Below, in pieces: positions 52,630-64,000 of a stretch of DNA of 64,000 bases. This stretch comes from Pseudogymnoascus verrucosus (taxonomy: Eukaryota). How positions within the stretch are numbered: the first letter of the stretch is position 1; the number at the start of each line of letters is the position of its first letter. The notes under the pieces were generated by a model that saw nothing but the letters and a program-made list of their open reading frames with translations, ran no database searches and was not told the DNA's origin. A program made the translations under genes and the position numbers. The DNA lies in NCBI GenBank assembly GCA_001662655.1, contig KV460207.1. One strand, 5' to 3'.

Positions 52630-52836
52630 ATGGGTGACTGTGGATGCTCCGGCTCTTCTTCCTGTAAGTTTCCACAGCTTCCGTCGGCATTTGACTCCTC
52701 AACCCCACTCCAATGACCCCGCTGTCAGATGAAATGATGCCCGAGATCACAATCATGACTAGCTAGCACGTAACTAACACACGCAACCACAGGCAACTGC
52801 GGAAGCAGCTGCTCCTGCGCCTCGTGCGGAAAATAA
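52630..52836 (+). CDS. cmt: Copper metallothionein, 25 aa with 7 Cys (MGDCGCSGSSSCNCGSSCSCASCGK)
   Basis: Exons 52630-52663 and 52793-52836; intron GTAAGT..CTAAC..CAG. Very close to the Neurospora-type Cu-metallothionein. Confidence 0.92.
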
Positions 52837-53429
52837 ACCCCTCTGGCTGCCCAACCTCCACACCTCGATCTCACACCCACTTCACACACACCATGCGGCA
52901 CTTGCGCGATGGGACGGTTTGACAAAAGCGGATGGAGCTACGACGGAAGGGGGGGCTGGAACGGAGAGGCTGAGGATGGCGAGATGATATGCTGATGAGT
53001 TGCTGGTTTTGACGAATGGGGGTGGGCGGTTTGATTCTGAGAACTACATTGCTTTCAACGACGACTGCGATCAACGTTCGCAATACAATGACTACGTACC
53101 AATGCTACTTCGATGACTGACATTTGTCTGATGTGAATTCTTGATCCATTTGCTCGCATATTTAAGCAAGGTAGTCTAAACCGCGCAAACAAAAACCTGC
53201 ATCCATCAGTCCGTGCCAGGCGTCCGATGTAGACCCTTCCTTTATTCACATAGGCGGGTATAGCATCGTAATCCGTACAGATATTAATACTAGCGCCCTC
53301 TATCCGTATCATCATGATTAAACACGAACTTCCCTCCCATCGCCAGACTCCCGTTATGCCCTGCCCACACGCCAAACTCGGGTCGTATATTACATTATGG
53401 CCATTAAATTATGGCCCCTGCCAGCTCTC

Positions 53430-54357
53430 CTAAACATCACCCGTCCCATCCCCTAGCAACCGCGCAATCAACACATACGTGAAGATCACCGCGCCAGCAA
53501 CCAACAACTTATTCCTCGCAATCCAGCTCTGTCCCACCTCCCTCGCAACCTGCCCCCCATGAACCGCAGCCCCAATCGTAGCCGCGCTCCCACTCGGCCG
53601 CCTCCCAAACGCTGCCGCCTGGGGTGAGCACACCGGCGCATTCGGGTCCGGCATGCGGTCCCCTGTCGCGGGGTTAATCCTGTTCTCCTCCATCCACTTC
53701 CAGTTCTCCTTATCCAGCTCGGGCCACTCGGATCTGAACTTCGCGCCGCCGTCGCCGGCTTTGATGGCGCCGTTGCCCTTGGGCACAGGCATGCCGGGGA
53801 GGAGTCGGGTGGAGGAGCCGCCGCCGGTTGAGTTCCACCAGCGGGTGCGGGCGGTGGTCCATTTGCGCTCGGCTTCTGTGGCGGCGACGGAGCCGGTGGT
53901 CATTTCTTCGGAGGTCATGAAGGAGAGGAGGCCGATGAGGATGGTGGAGACTTCCCAGGCGGGGTTGAAGGATTTGGGGTGGAAGTCGGAGATGGATAGG
54001 CATAGCCGGGTTGAGGATTGGAAGCGTCCTGAGGGTGTGTGCATGCGGATCGCAGGCGGCGCAAAGGGGTAGTCCGGTGGGAAGATCAGTGTGCCCCAGT
54101 ACTGTCCGTTATAGTAGGGTGTCTTCTCTGGCCCGGTGATTATGTAGTGCCATCTGCGCCATGTTAGTTTGATATGGTGGTCCAAAGAGTCTGAGACATA
54201 CTCGAGGATGTTGGACTCGGAGGGATGCGCAACAATGTATGGCGGCGGGTTCTCGGATATCGTCTTATATTCCTTTGTTAACTAGAATGGTCAGCATGTT
54301 CTCACGAGTAGTTCAGTTGGAGTGACAAACCCGTTTGTTGGCTGCGCGGCTGGCCAT
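53430..54357 (-). CDS. UBC6: ER ubiquitin-conjugating enzyme E2, Ubc6
   Basis: MASRAANKR-LTKEY, AHPSESNILE-WHYIITGP, RLCLSISDFHP and a C-terminal TM anchor. Confidence 0.95.
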
Positions 54358-54637
54358 ATTGAGGCCGGGGGGACGATGACGAGGTGGGGGTTTTGAGTCG
54401 TACTTTCTGTGAAACTTTTCTGCGCAGAACGGTCCACCAGGGTGCAGGCGATTATTAATGTAAAAGAGAATGGTCGGATCCAGGAGGTCTATTGTAACAA
54501 AGATTGCCGGGTCGAAAATACGTCCCAGTTCTGGCCACCTGAGGTGACTTTCACAAGATGAAGCCAATCGGCTGATTACGTAAGCTCAACTGACTCCAAT
54601 TTATCTGTCACCCTGGTTGTTGACGTCTAACAGAGTC

Positions 54638-56306
54638 ATGGCATACCCGGATAGTGAAGGCGAGGTGAGTCGAACTCTACATGTAGGCACAGAAAGATTC
54701 ACTGACTTGACAATTAGGTCTTCGCGGCCCTAAATCGCGACATCGACCCAAAGGTGCTCGAGGAGCGGGAGAAGGCAGTTCAAGAACGGGTTCAGGCGCA
54801 ATATGCAAAGGCACAACAAAGATTGCAAGATTTAGTGAGTCACCAGTGTTGGAAGAAGAGTCGAGAACGAAGCTCATGATAATAGATTTCTTCCAATTCT
54901 ACTCTTCCAGTTACCATCTCATCCATCCGCGTTATTGGAGCTACGAATACCAGGAAAAGCTTCCTCGATCGGCTATTCGCTCCTATACTGAGCGCAAACA
55001 ATGACAGGCCATATACTCTACAGGAGGCCTTGCAGCTAGCGGGTACAAGTGCTGACAAGCTGCGAAGATTTGGTGAGCACCTTGCCTTGGGTTATAGCGA
55101 GATTGTACTAACAACACAGACATTTACCATGAGGGTGTTTCCATGTTTATCGACAAGCCCGACTCCACCGACCCGTTATCAACGACATCCGACATTGATA
55201 TCTTCCTTGCGGTGAAGGAGAAGGGAAGGATTGCTTTGAAGACCGGAACGGACCTTGGAAATACAGAGGGTTCGGCATACGGCAACCTTCTCCTGCGAAA
55301 CATCTTCGGTGGAGCCGAATCTCTTAATATCAACGCCTCCGCTGGCACAAGGACAAGGTCGTCATATACCGCAACCTTCGACACACCGATTCTGAGTGAT
55401 CCTGATATTCGGTTTTCGCTGGACGGTTTTGCAAGCTCGACTCAGAAGCAGTGGGCTAGTCACGAAGAAGTTCTCAAGGGTGGTAACGCCAGGGTCAGAT
55501 GGGCCGACGGTCAGAGCAGGCACGAAGTAGCGTACACAGGGGCATGGCGACAGATCACTGCTCTAGCGGCAAATGCATCTCCATCCGTACGACACGATGC
55601 TGGCGATAGCGTTAAGAGCAGCATCACGCACACCTGGTTCAAAGAGAGACGGAACCACCCTTTCCTACCAACAAGCGGCTACTTCATGCGAACAGTTTCT
55701 GAGCTAGCTGGTTGGGGGCCGCTGCAAGGAGATGTGGCATTCTTGAAATCCGAAGTCGAAACGTCTGGAGCTGTCGCTATTCCGCTGCCTGGGAAGGAGG
55801 ATAGTGGTATCACGTTAACTGGAGGTCTTCGCGCTGGTTTACTGTACCCGTTGCCAATCGGTACGGGTTCTACACCACAGGCATCCCGCATCAACGACAG
55901 GTTTCAGCTCGGAGGCCCAACTGATGTTCGCGGATTCAAGATTGGTGGCTTAGGGCCAAGAGATGGCCCCGATTCTGTCGGAGGGGACGTCTTCGCTGCT
56001 GGCTCTGTGAACCTACTCTTCCCCTTTCCAAGGGTCGGAAAGGATACCCCACTGAGACTGCAGGTCTTTGCGAATGGCGGCAGACTCCTGGCATTACAGC
56101 AAACGAAGGGATCTACGTCGAACAGTGTCACTTCGACAATTGCGAAGCTGGCAGAAGGCCTGCCCAGTTTGGCGGCGGGAGTTGGCATCGTCTATGCGCA
56201 CCCAGCGGCGAGGTTTGAGCTCAACTTCAGCTTGCCTCTAGTCCTCAGGAGGGGAGAGGAGGGGAGAAAGGGGCTCCAGTTCGGAGTCGGTATCAACTTT
56301 TTGTAG
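54638..56306 (+). CDS. SAM50: Mitochondrial outer membrane beta-barrel assembly protein Sam50/Tob55
   Basis: LRNIFGGAE, DRFQLGGPTDVRGF, ARFELNFSLPL and C-terminal LQFGVGINFL; three 5' introns. Confidence 0.93.
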
Positions 56307-56923
56307 GTCTACCTGTATGATATTACGATGCTTGGAAAGCTTCATTTTTGAGGCTGAGGGTTGCCAAGCTAGAATGGGACCGTTGGTGGATCTTGGGCTC
56401 ATTTGTATACAAAATCTCCTAATCTTAGAAATCTCTGGGCGGGACGGAAATGTCTTGGTTGCGTTGACCACAATATTTGGCAAGGACAGTACCTGGATTT
56501 GTCAAATTTTTGATGGCAATGAAGAGAGGGAATGAAACTTTAGAACTTTCTCCAATAAAGGCGAAATATCCAGCGTTAATAGCGTTCATTAAAAATGGTG
56601 GAAATGAGAGTCAGCCTTTGATTGAATTATGGCCTTGTGAAGCTGAGAAGAAAGGGGCAGGGGCAATGCGAATACGACAGAAATCCCACATCACGTGTTT
56701 TAAGTGTGTTACGTAACCAATTATAGTTGGGAGTTGGCAGGAATCCGAATACGCAGTGACCATGGCAAAACCAGCTTATCCCGATTGGGACTATTGTAAA
56801 CCGCAGCAACGAAACTTATATAACTTCAAGGGTACCCAACCAGACCAAATTGATTTATCACCGTTACGTCTCTTACTACCATACATCTGACCGCCGTTCT
56901 CTCAGTAGAACACAGCCGCAATA

Positions 56924-57858
56924 ATGGCTTCCGGAATCATCTCTAACCTCACCAACCCTCTTATCACCGACCATCCTTACTACCCCATTGAGGTCGAGAT
57001 TGCCTCATACCTCGCGAACGAATGGTCTGTCCCAGTGCTTCTCGCAGCATTCGGCGGCGTCTGCGCAACGGTACTGCTCATCGCGCAGATTGTCGTCGAT
57101 AAGTTGCACCCAAACCTTCGCACCTCAGAGAAAATCACCATCTGGTGGTTCATTCTTTGTATGTGCCCCCCCCCAACTCTCATGCTGGGCCCACAAGCTA
57201 ACGATCGCAGCTGGATGCATCCACCTCTTCTTCGAAGGTACGAAATTATATTACAATGTATGAGGAAGATAATTGACAATCGCAGGGTACTTCTCCGTCA
57301 ACCACACCCTGATGGGCCCAAAACAAGATCTCTTCGGACAGCTCTGGAAGGAGTACTCCCTCTCCGACTCGCGCTACCTGACCTCTGACCCCTTTGTCCT
57401 CTGCATGGAGACCATCACTGCTGTATGCCTCCATTCCCTGCCCCTATCATTCACCGCTGACCATCCTCGCAGTTCCTTTGGGGCCCCCTCTGCTTCATCA
57501 TCGCCGGATTTATCACAACCTCGCATCCCCTGCGCCACCCCCTCCAGATCATAGTCTCTACCGGCCAGATCTACGGCTGCATTCTGTACTATGCCACCAG
57601 CATGTTCGACCACTACTATAAGGGTGTCGTGTACAGCCGCCCCGAGTTCCTGTACTTCTGGTGCTACTACTTCCTCATGAACTTCTTCTGGATCATGATC
57701 CCATCGAGTACGTATTTTCTTTCCTTGCTTCGGAGAGCATAATGCTGATATGATATAATGTAGCTCTCGTCGTTAGCAGTGTCAACCAAATCGCGAATGC
57801 CTTCAGGACACTCGACACTATCTCCGCCAAGGCAAACAAGGGCAAGAAGGGACAATAA
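56924..57858 (+). CDS. Emopamil-binding protein family (sterol delta8-delta7 isomerase-like)
   Basis: HPYYP, IHLFFEGYF, QLWKEYSLSDSRY, METITA, GQIYG and MNFFWIMIP across five exons. Confidence 0.9.
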
Positions 57859-58249
57859 GCCTCCATAGAGGTATAGGATAGCCATGCTACAACGACTGCC
57901 AAGGCAGCAGCGGCGTCCGCATTGTGTGCGAAAGAACTGGGAAGGAAAAGTGTTTGGCAACGAATACATGTACGGCATACCGTGGTTTCGGTAGCCGCGC
58001 CACGCAGCTTGTATATACCACGGCGCTGGAGCGATATATAAATATAGGTTTAATAGACAGTCTGTAGAAATTTTAGAATTATAATCCTATTTTCCCCAGC
58101 GCCTTTGAACCTCACCGAAACTAATCTTGATGAATAGTCTATAGCCATACATTTTTGATCCGATTAACAAACTCCCCCACCCATACATTACCGAGTCAAA
58201 AGTCCTGCAAAACGGCTTGTGGTATATTGCTCCTGTGCTAACGCCTGCG

Positions 58250-59889
58250 TCATCTCTTAAAATGGAATGTGTCGTCCATATCCTCAAGAGCCCCGAATGT
58301 GGTAATCGTTGGCTCATTATCCATAATCTGCCTCGCTGTTGCCTTCCCCTTCTCAGCAGGAACAAGAACAAGCGGGCTCTCCTCCAACTGTCCATATATA
58401 TCCACTGCCTTCTCTTTAGCATCTTTCCAAGGCAGGTCCACGTCTGTAGCCCCTGTCTCGGAAATGGACGCCAGGATACAATCATGTGTGTCGCTAAAGA
58501 ACAATGCGGGGGAGCCGGAGTCAGATGTCCTCAACCAACGGATCACGGCCTTCCCCATGATTTTTCCCTCGGGTAGCTGGGTGCCGAAATTAACAATTTT
58601 TGGCTCCTCCCAGGATGGCTCCCAGATGTATGCAACTCCTTTCGACTCCTCGCCCTCGCAGCGGATTATGAGGACCTCATTGATTGTTGGATGCCATGTA
58701 GCCTTGGCAATGGGCGAATGCTGGATCAGGACAGCTTTGAGGATTTTTGATGAGGAGTCCCAGATGAATACTGTCGTTGGTAGATTCTCGCACCGGGAGG
58801 CTATGAGTGTGCCTGATGCATCAATGGCGATACTTACAATTCCAGATTTGGTTTCCGGCACGGGTGTCGACGAAGCCGCCGTCGGTGGACAAGTCACCTG
58901 TGTCTGGACGTTATAGGAGCGGTCAAGACCAGACGGGGTGGCCTTTAATTTTTCCTGCCATATATGTATGCCGTCTGGTCTTATTGTTGTGGAATGGTCG
59001 AGCCTCATTGCCTCGGAGAAGTTTGCCATAGATAATATAGTCACCCTCTGGCTGTAGTCTCCTACTGCGAGCTGTCGCCCGTCAACGCTCCATTCGATTG
59101 TCTTCACCCCAGCTCCACAATCTATATCCTTTTCATCTGCGGTTGGCCGTGGGCCCGTCCAGGCCTTAAATAAATGCCCATCAGCCGTGTAGAACAGTAT
59201 CCTATGGCCTTGAGCAGCTGACTCAATCACGGCCAGCCATTTGCCATCTGGACTCCAACTCAACGCCTGCGCATCGATTGTATCAGGGTTCCATGATCGG
59301 AATACCTTGTATGTTTCTTTAGAATGTAGACTAATCACATCCTTTCCAGAGCCTCGAGATAGTAAGGCGAGTTGTTGGGTTCTGGGTCGGTATCCATAGC
59401 CTTTCGCAGCGTTGCCTGGAAGAAACAACTTAGGCGCTGGAATATCTATCGACGTGCTAGTCGCGAGATTGAATATTGTGAGCTTCAGCCCGAAGTCTGA
59501 GAAAACAAGAACTTCATCGTGGGAGGCGCCAAACGATATGTAGACCGCCTTGGTTGTTTCAGACGTTGGCGATGCGATTGTAGCTGAATATTGGGGGGTG
59601 ACGGCAGAGAAAACGCGGATCGTGTTATCAGATGAAAGAAGGATTCGTTGTGACGAAGGTGACCAAAGAAAGTTCGATATCGACGTTGAGAAGGCAGCGG
59701 GTAGGGGTATTGCGCGCGTAGCTTGAAGGGATCGCGTTGTGCGAATGATTAGTTTCGCCTGGATTATTGTTGCAATATATGCGCCATCAGGACTCGGAAG
59801 ACAATGCGCTGAAGCTGTAATTGTGTTACAAATCTTGTCATCAGCTGTGGGACATGGTGCTTACATTTCAGCGGCCGCGAGAACTGCAT
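58250..59889 (-). CDS. WD40-repeat protein, WDR8/WRAP73-like
   Basis: ATG at 59889 and a short first exon, then WD repeats with DAQALSWSPDGKWLAV, ILFYTADGHL, LAVGDY and PTTVFIWD. Confidence 0.75.
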
Positions 59890-60227
59890 TTCAGAAACAG
59901 CCAGCAATCGACAGTCGCGAGAGAAAGTGTAGCTTTGTCGCGGCGTGCTGATAAACAATGACCCCGCGATAGGCTGTCGGCGTATTGGGCTCCAAATGCC
60001 GATGCCCGCCACCAAAGGCGGTGGAATCCTACGCTATGCGGAGCAACCCGCCTCTCCCCAAGCTTAGCTTCCCCTCGTTTTAGTAATCAGTCACAAGGCA
60101 TAGGTTCTCCTTGACATCTCCGGCCATATTTATTTCTCGTCAACTACGTTCAGTCTAATTTACTTTGACAATGTTTGTTTCATAGATCTCTTCCAATATT
60201 CCTGGCCTTCAAGCAAGCTGAGGAATC

Positions 60228-61601
60228 ATGGCCGTGGAGAAATATGCTCGGCGCTCTGGTGTGGCGTTGATGCGCTCAAGCTGGAGGCCTCATCTGCAAC
60301 CACCATTCTACTCCATTACAGCAGCTTCTTACCACAAATCAGCTCCGCAGCGAGAATCAGCTGCGCCCATCCTCGGATCCCCAACTCCGGAACGCATCCC
60401 AACCCACCCAGTCGACGCTCCAGAATCTCCGCAAAAGTTCAAGCCGTCACGCTTTAAACGCATTCAAGAGGCGGCGCCTTTCTCCTCCTTTCTTACCGAC
60501 ACCTTCTATCGCCAACATGACTACCTCCGAATCTCTATTACCGAAAAATGCAACCTCCGGTGCCTCTACTGTATGCCTGAAGAGGGTGTCCCACAGTCGC
60601 CACCATCACACCTGCTCACCACCCCCGAGATTGTTTTGCTATCCGAGCTCTTCGTATCTCAAGGCGTCACAAAGATACGACTCACAGGCGGCGAACCGAC
60701 AGTTCGAAAAGACATCGTGCCAATGATGCAGCAAATTGGACAACTACGAGGAGCAAGGGCTGGGAGAGAGGGATTGAAAGACCTCTGCTTGACAACAAAT
60801 GGGATTAGCTTGTGGAGGAAGCTAGATCCAATGGTAGAAGCAGGGCTGACTGGTATCAACCTATCCCTTGACACTCTGGATCCCTACCAGTTTCAGATCA
60901 TGACGCGTCGGAAAGGCTTCGATGCAGTCCAGCGCTCTATCGACCGGATACTTGAAATGAACGCCCTGGGTGCAGGTATAAAGCTCAAGATCAACTGTGT
61001 TGTCATGCGTGGCCTCAACGACCGGGAGATACTTGATTTTGTTGAACTCGGGCGAGAGAAGGACATCGAGGTGCGTTTCATCGAATACATGCCCTTCGAC
61101 GGCAATAAATGGTCGGAGGGGAAGATGCTGCCATTCCAAGAGATGCTGGACCGCATAAAAGAGAAATATCCCGGCGTGGAGAAGGTGCAGGATCACAAGA
61201 ACGATACCAGTAAGACATACAGAGTTTCTGGGTTTGTGGGCAAGTTCGGATTTATTACGAGCATGACACATAACTTCTGCGGCACTTGCAATCGGCTGCG
61301 CATCACAAGCGACGGGAATCTAAAAGTCTGCCTGTTTGGCAACGATGAAGTGTCTTTACGTGACATTCTCAGGGAGAACAATTCAGGGAACCCGATAGAC
61401 GAGGAAGCCTTCGAGGCAATGAAGAAGATTGAAATGGATCGAAGAGAAGGCCGAGTGGACGGTGCACTCGGCATGCTGAATAATGAAAGTAAACTGCTGG
61501 ACGTCATTGGAATAGCGGTTAAGGGAAAGAAAGAGAAGCATGCCGGAATGGGAGAGCTCAAGGACATGAAGAATCGGCCGATGATATTGATAGGTGGGTG
61601 A
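60228..61601 (+). CDS. MOCS1: Molybdenum cofactor biosynthesis radical SAM enzyme MoaA/MOCS1A (GTP 3',8-cyclase)
   Basis: CNLRCLYC, RLTGGEP, FIEYMPF, FCGTCNRLR..LKVCL and the C-terminal PMILIGG*; N-terminus resembles a mitochondrial presequence. Confidence 0.95.
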   Translation: MAVEKYARRSGVALMRSSWRPHLQPPFYSITAASYHKSAPQRESAAPILGSPTPERIPTHPVDAPESPQKFKPSRFKRIQEAAPFSSFLTDTFYRQHDYLRISITEKCNLRCLYCMPEEGVPQSPPSHLLTTPEIVLLSELFVSQGVTKIRLTGGEPTVRKDIVPMMQQIGQLRGARAGREGLKDLCLTTNGISLWRKLDPMVEAGLTGINLSLDTLDPYQFQIMTRRKGFDAVQRSIDRILEMNALGAGIKLKINCVVMRGLNDREILDFVELGREKDIEVRFIEYMPFDGNKWSEGKMLPFQEMLDRIKEKYPGVEKVQDHKNDTSKTYRVSGFVGKFGFITSMTHNFCGTCNRLRITSDGNLKVCLFGNDEVSLRDILRENNSGNPIDEEAFEAMKKIEMDRREGRVDGALGMLNNESKLLDVIGIAVKGKKEKHAGMGELKDMKNRPMILIGG

Positions 61602-61894
61602 AAGGATTTCTTGTGTCATGCATTGGGGCGGGCTGGCAATCAAGTGATTCACGGATTATGAGCGGCGACTGGCGATACGGTTCGGGGTTTTCATATCGGT
61701 ACATGAGCATATACCCTTGGCCATCTACTGTGTATATATATGGGAGTGAGCATATTTTTTACTATTATCCAATTCATAACATTTAACACATTTCTCGATT
61801 CTGCCGCTTCCACGTGACGATTCTTTTCGGGGAAACTAGCGACTTCACTGCCAACTTAGATAACAGGTGAGACTTGGGTGCTAACATTGGGCAG

Positions 61895-62733
61895 ATTCAC
61901 CAGAAGTTGCAAAGTTGAATTCACCCCATGCCAATAACCATCTGAATATATGCGACATGCAGCCTACAGCTGTTTCTACTTCGACGAGGCGACATGTGCC
62001 TCTACATCTTCTCAGTAGCTTCCCTCGAACGTTTCTACGGCATTACCACGCCGGGAATAGGTTCCCAAAACTATCTCCTGTACTGTCGCCGCTTCGCGCC
62101 ACAGGAAAATATAGTCAACTGGGAGACCCTGTTATAATGCGCATGATCTCTTCCACGAATTGCTTACCAGCAAAATCTTCACCCAAGTCCCCCATCCCGC
62201 CAGCCTCAGCCCCAAGACTCACACACCTAACTCCTTCCGGCAGCGCCCACATGGTGGACATTTCCGCAAAAGACCCCACCTCCCGCTCAGCAACAGCCGT
62301 CTGCTCGCTGTACTTTAGCAATGCAACGGCGGCGCAGCTGATAGCGGCGAACCAGATGAAGAAGGGCGATGTGTTGAGCGTCGCTCGGATTGCGGGGATT
62401 ATGGGTGCGAAGCGTACTTCTGATCTGGTTCCGCTGTGTCATCCACTGTTTATCACACGTGTGCAGTTAGACCTGGAGCTTGTGCCTGGGGAAGTTTCTG
62501 CTGGTGATGGCGTCGGCCAGGAAAACTATGGACGTATCGATATCAAGGCAGTTGTAGACTGCGAAGGGAAGACGGGGGTGGAAATGGAAGCACTTACCGC
62601 AGCGTCGGTCGCCTCATTGACAGTGTACGATATGTGTAAGGCTGTTGATAAAGGGATGAGGGTTGAAGGATTGAGGGTAGTGAGAAAAGAAGGCGGCAAG
62701 AGTGGGACATGGGTGGAAGGGAAAGGTGTTTAA
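61895..62733 (+). CDS. MOCS1: MoaC/MOCS1B cPMP synthase exon, joined to MoaA by splicing
   Basis: LTHL..AHMVDIS, KKGDVL..ARIAGIMGAKRTSDLVPLCHP, TGVEMEAL, YDMCKAVD and KEGGKSG. Acceptor CTAAC..CAG at 61894 is in frame with the donor at 61594. Confidence 0.9.
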
Positions 62734-62949
62734 TGCCATCATGTTCACAGAGAAAAAGGTTGCATGTCCGTTATTATGAATATGCAATGCATTATATGGA
62801 GCTGACAGGTAACATTGCTCTCTATGGTTCTGTTTTGCCTTGAAACTTCCAGCTCGGAATCAATAAAGCCCCACTTGTACAGTTCGAACGATTGCAAAGC
62901 AATGTGGATGTGGCAGCCGAAAAGCCTACATCTTCATATCCCATTCACA

Positions 62950-63883
62950 TTACTTCACATCCTCGTCCTCGTCCTCATCGTCTTCCGAGTTCTCCTCTTC
63001 GTCGTCGCTCACCTCCAGCACAAACGGTGCAGGACGCGGCTCCAGGAAATAGAAACCGGAACGATGGTAACTGCCACGGGCATTTCGATCGTTCCGGTTT
63101 TTAGCCACGGATGAAGCATTGGCATCGGCCATCTCCGTTTCCATACAGTTAAGACTTCCATCCATGTCAGGGGCCTCCCAGGGCATGAATTGCGTTTGGG
63201 AATCCACAGCAGTGTCGCCCAGCCCTGTACCAGGTCCACCATCGATAGGGGAGGTTCGCCACTTCACGCCTTTTTCTTGGATGTCCACTTTGATCCTCGC
63301 CACCGGTGGCTCCAAAAAATGCCCCTGGAAACGCGACGCCTTGCTTTTGTTCTTCTTCTTTCCCTTTCCGCTCGTCGGGGCCCACTTCACGCTATTATCG
63401 CCCGCAGGTGCTCCTCCCCACAGCACCGGCTCAGCATTCTCATCTGCATTGTCCTGTTTTGGTTTTGGGATGTCCCAGCCTCCCCAGTCGATTGGTTTGG
63501 GTCCAGGCTTTGGCTGTGGCTCTCTGTGGGCGGCCTGGAGAGCCGTATATTGCGGTCCGGGAGGTGGGACGTAGTTTTGGACGTAGAGGCCCAGGCGTTC
63601 GCGTCGAAAACTGATACTGGAGTCCGAGCTGAGATAGGTGGAGTTGGTGGGCACTGGGCCTGAAGGATTTGATGTCGAAGGCCGATCTCTATTTGAGAAT
63701 ATATTTGTGAAGTTTGGGTCGGCACTGTGGGCGTCAGGCACCAGCGGCGGTTGACGGAACAATGATGATTTGATGCGGTATTCTGTCTGAATTAGAGAGT
63801 CCACCTCATTTAGTAAATTACTTACTGCCTGATTTTGACCTCACTGGTTTGGATCTAGAGCTATGCTGGTCGTTGGGTGCCAT
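62950..63883 (-). CDS. Hypothetical protein with acidic C-terminus
   Basis: GCCATGG start at 63883; a short GTAAGT..CTAAT..CAG intron (~63783-63825) joins in frame to the long ORF ending DEDEDEDVK*. Confidence 0.65.
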
Positions 63884-64000
63884 GGCGATGAAGTTTTGGA
63901 GTCAACTAGACTGACGCTGAGATGAAGTTTTGCTGCTCTGCAGTGTAAGAGAAATGTTTGTTGACCTTGCTGTGTCGAAAGTGGACCTCATTGTTCTGCT

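Noticed and set aside
61864..61894. CAG|GTGAGA as a recursive or twin-intron site in the MOCS1 intron
   Set aside because: Only 28 nt remain to the acceptor, too short for a fungal intron.

Overview
This is eukaryotic fungal DNA from a filamentous ascomycete. Genes carry short GT-AG introns with CTAAC/CTGAC branch sites; a Leotiomycete such as Pseudogymnoascus is my guess from sequence style only. About 33 genes or gene relics are visible. The left ~19 kb looks accessory and partly decaying: the tail of a probable Zn2Cys6-type regulator, RTA1, a heme-thiolate peroxidase, a sugar transporter with a premature stop, a MITE-like relic, and a killer-toxin-type GH18 chitinase. That chitinase has lost its 5' end and had an ~0.9-kb internal block inverted, with one breakpoint inside an intron. 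The 22-34 kb and 49-64 kb blocks are mostly housekeeping (FYVE protein, COX14-like, ARL3, elongase, XPT1, UBC6, SAM50, EBP, WDR8-like, MOCS1A/B). The 34-48 kb block holds enzymes and secreted proteins, including a decayed S28 peptidase. Main observations: (1) the inverted chitinase with a possible C-terminal toxin domain next to a possible immunity-like gene; (2) two tiny divergent intron-containing metallothionein genes that the ORF track misses, sharing 3'-UTR motifs; (3) a MoaA/MoaC locus that can be fused by splicing; (4) a repeated C-rich to G-rich polarity within exons. All family calls come from motif recognition by eye; no searches were run.
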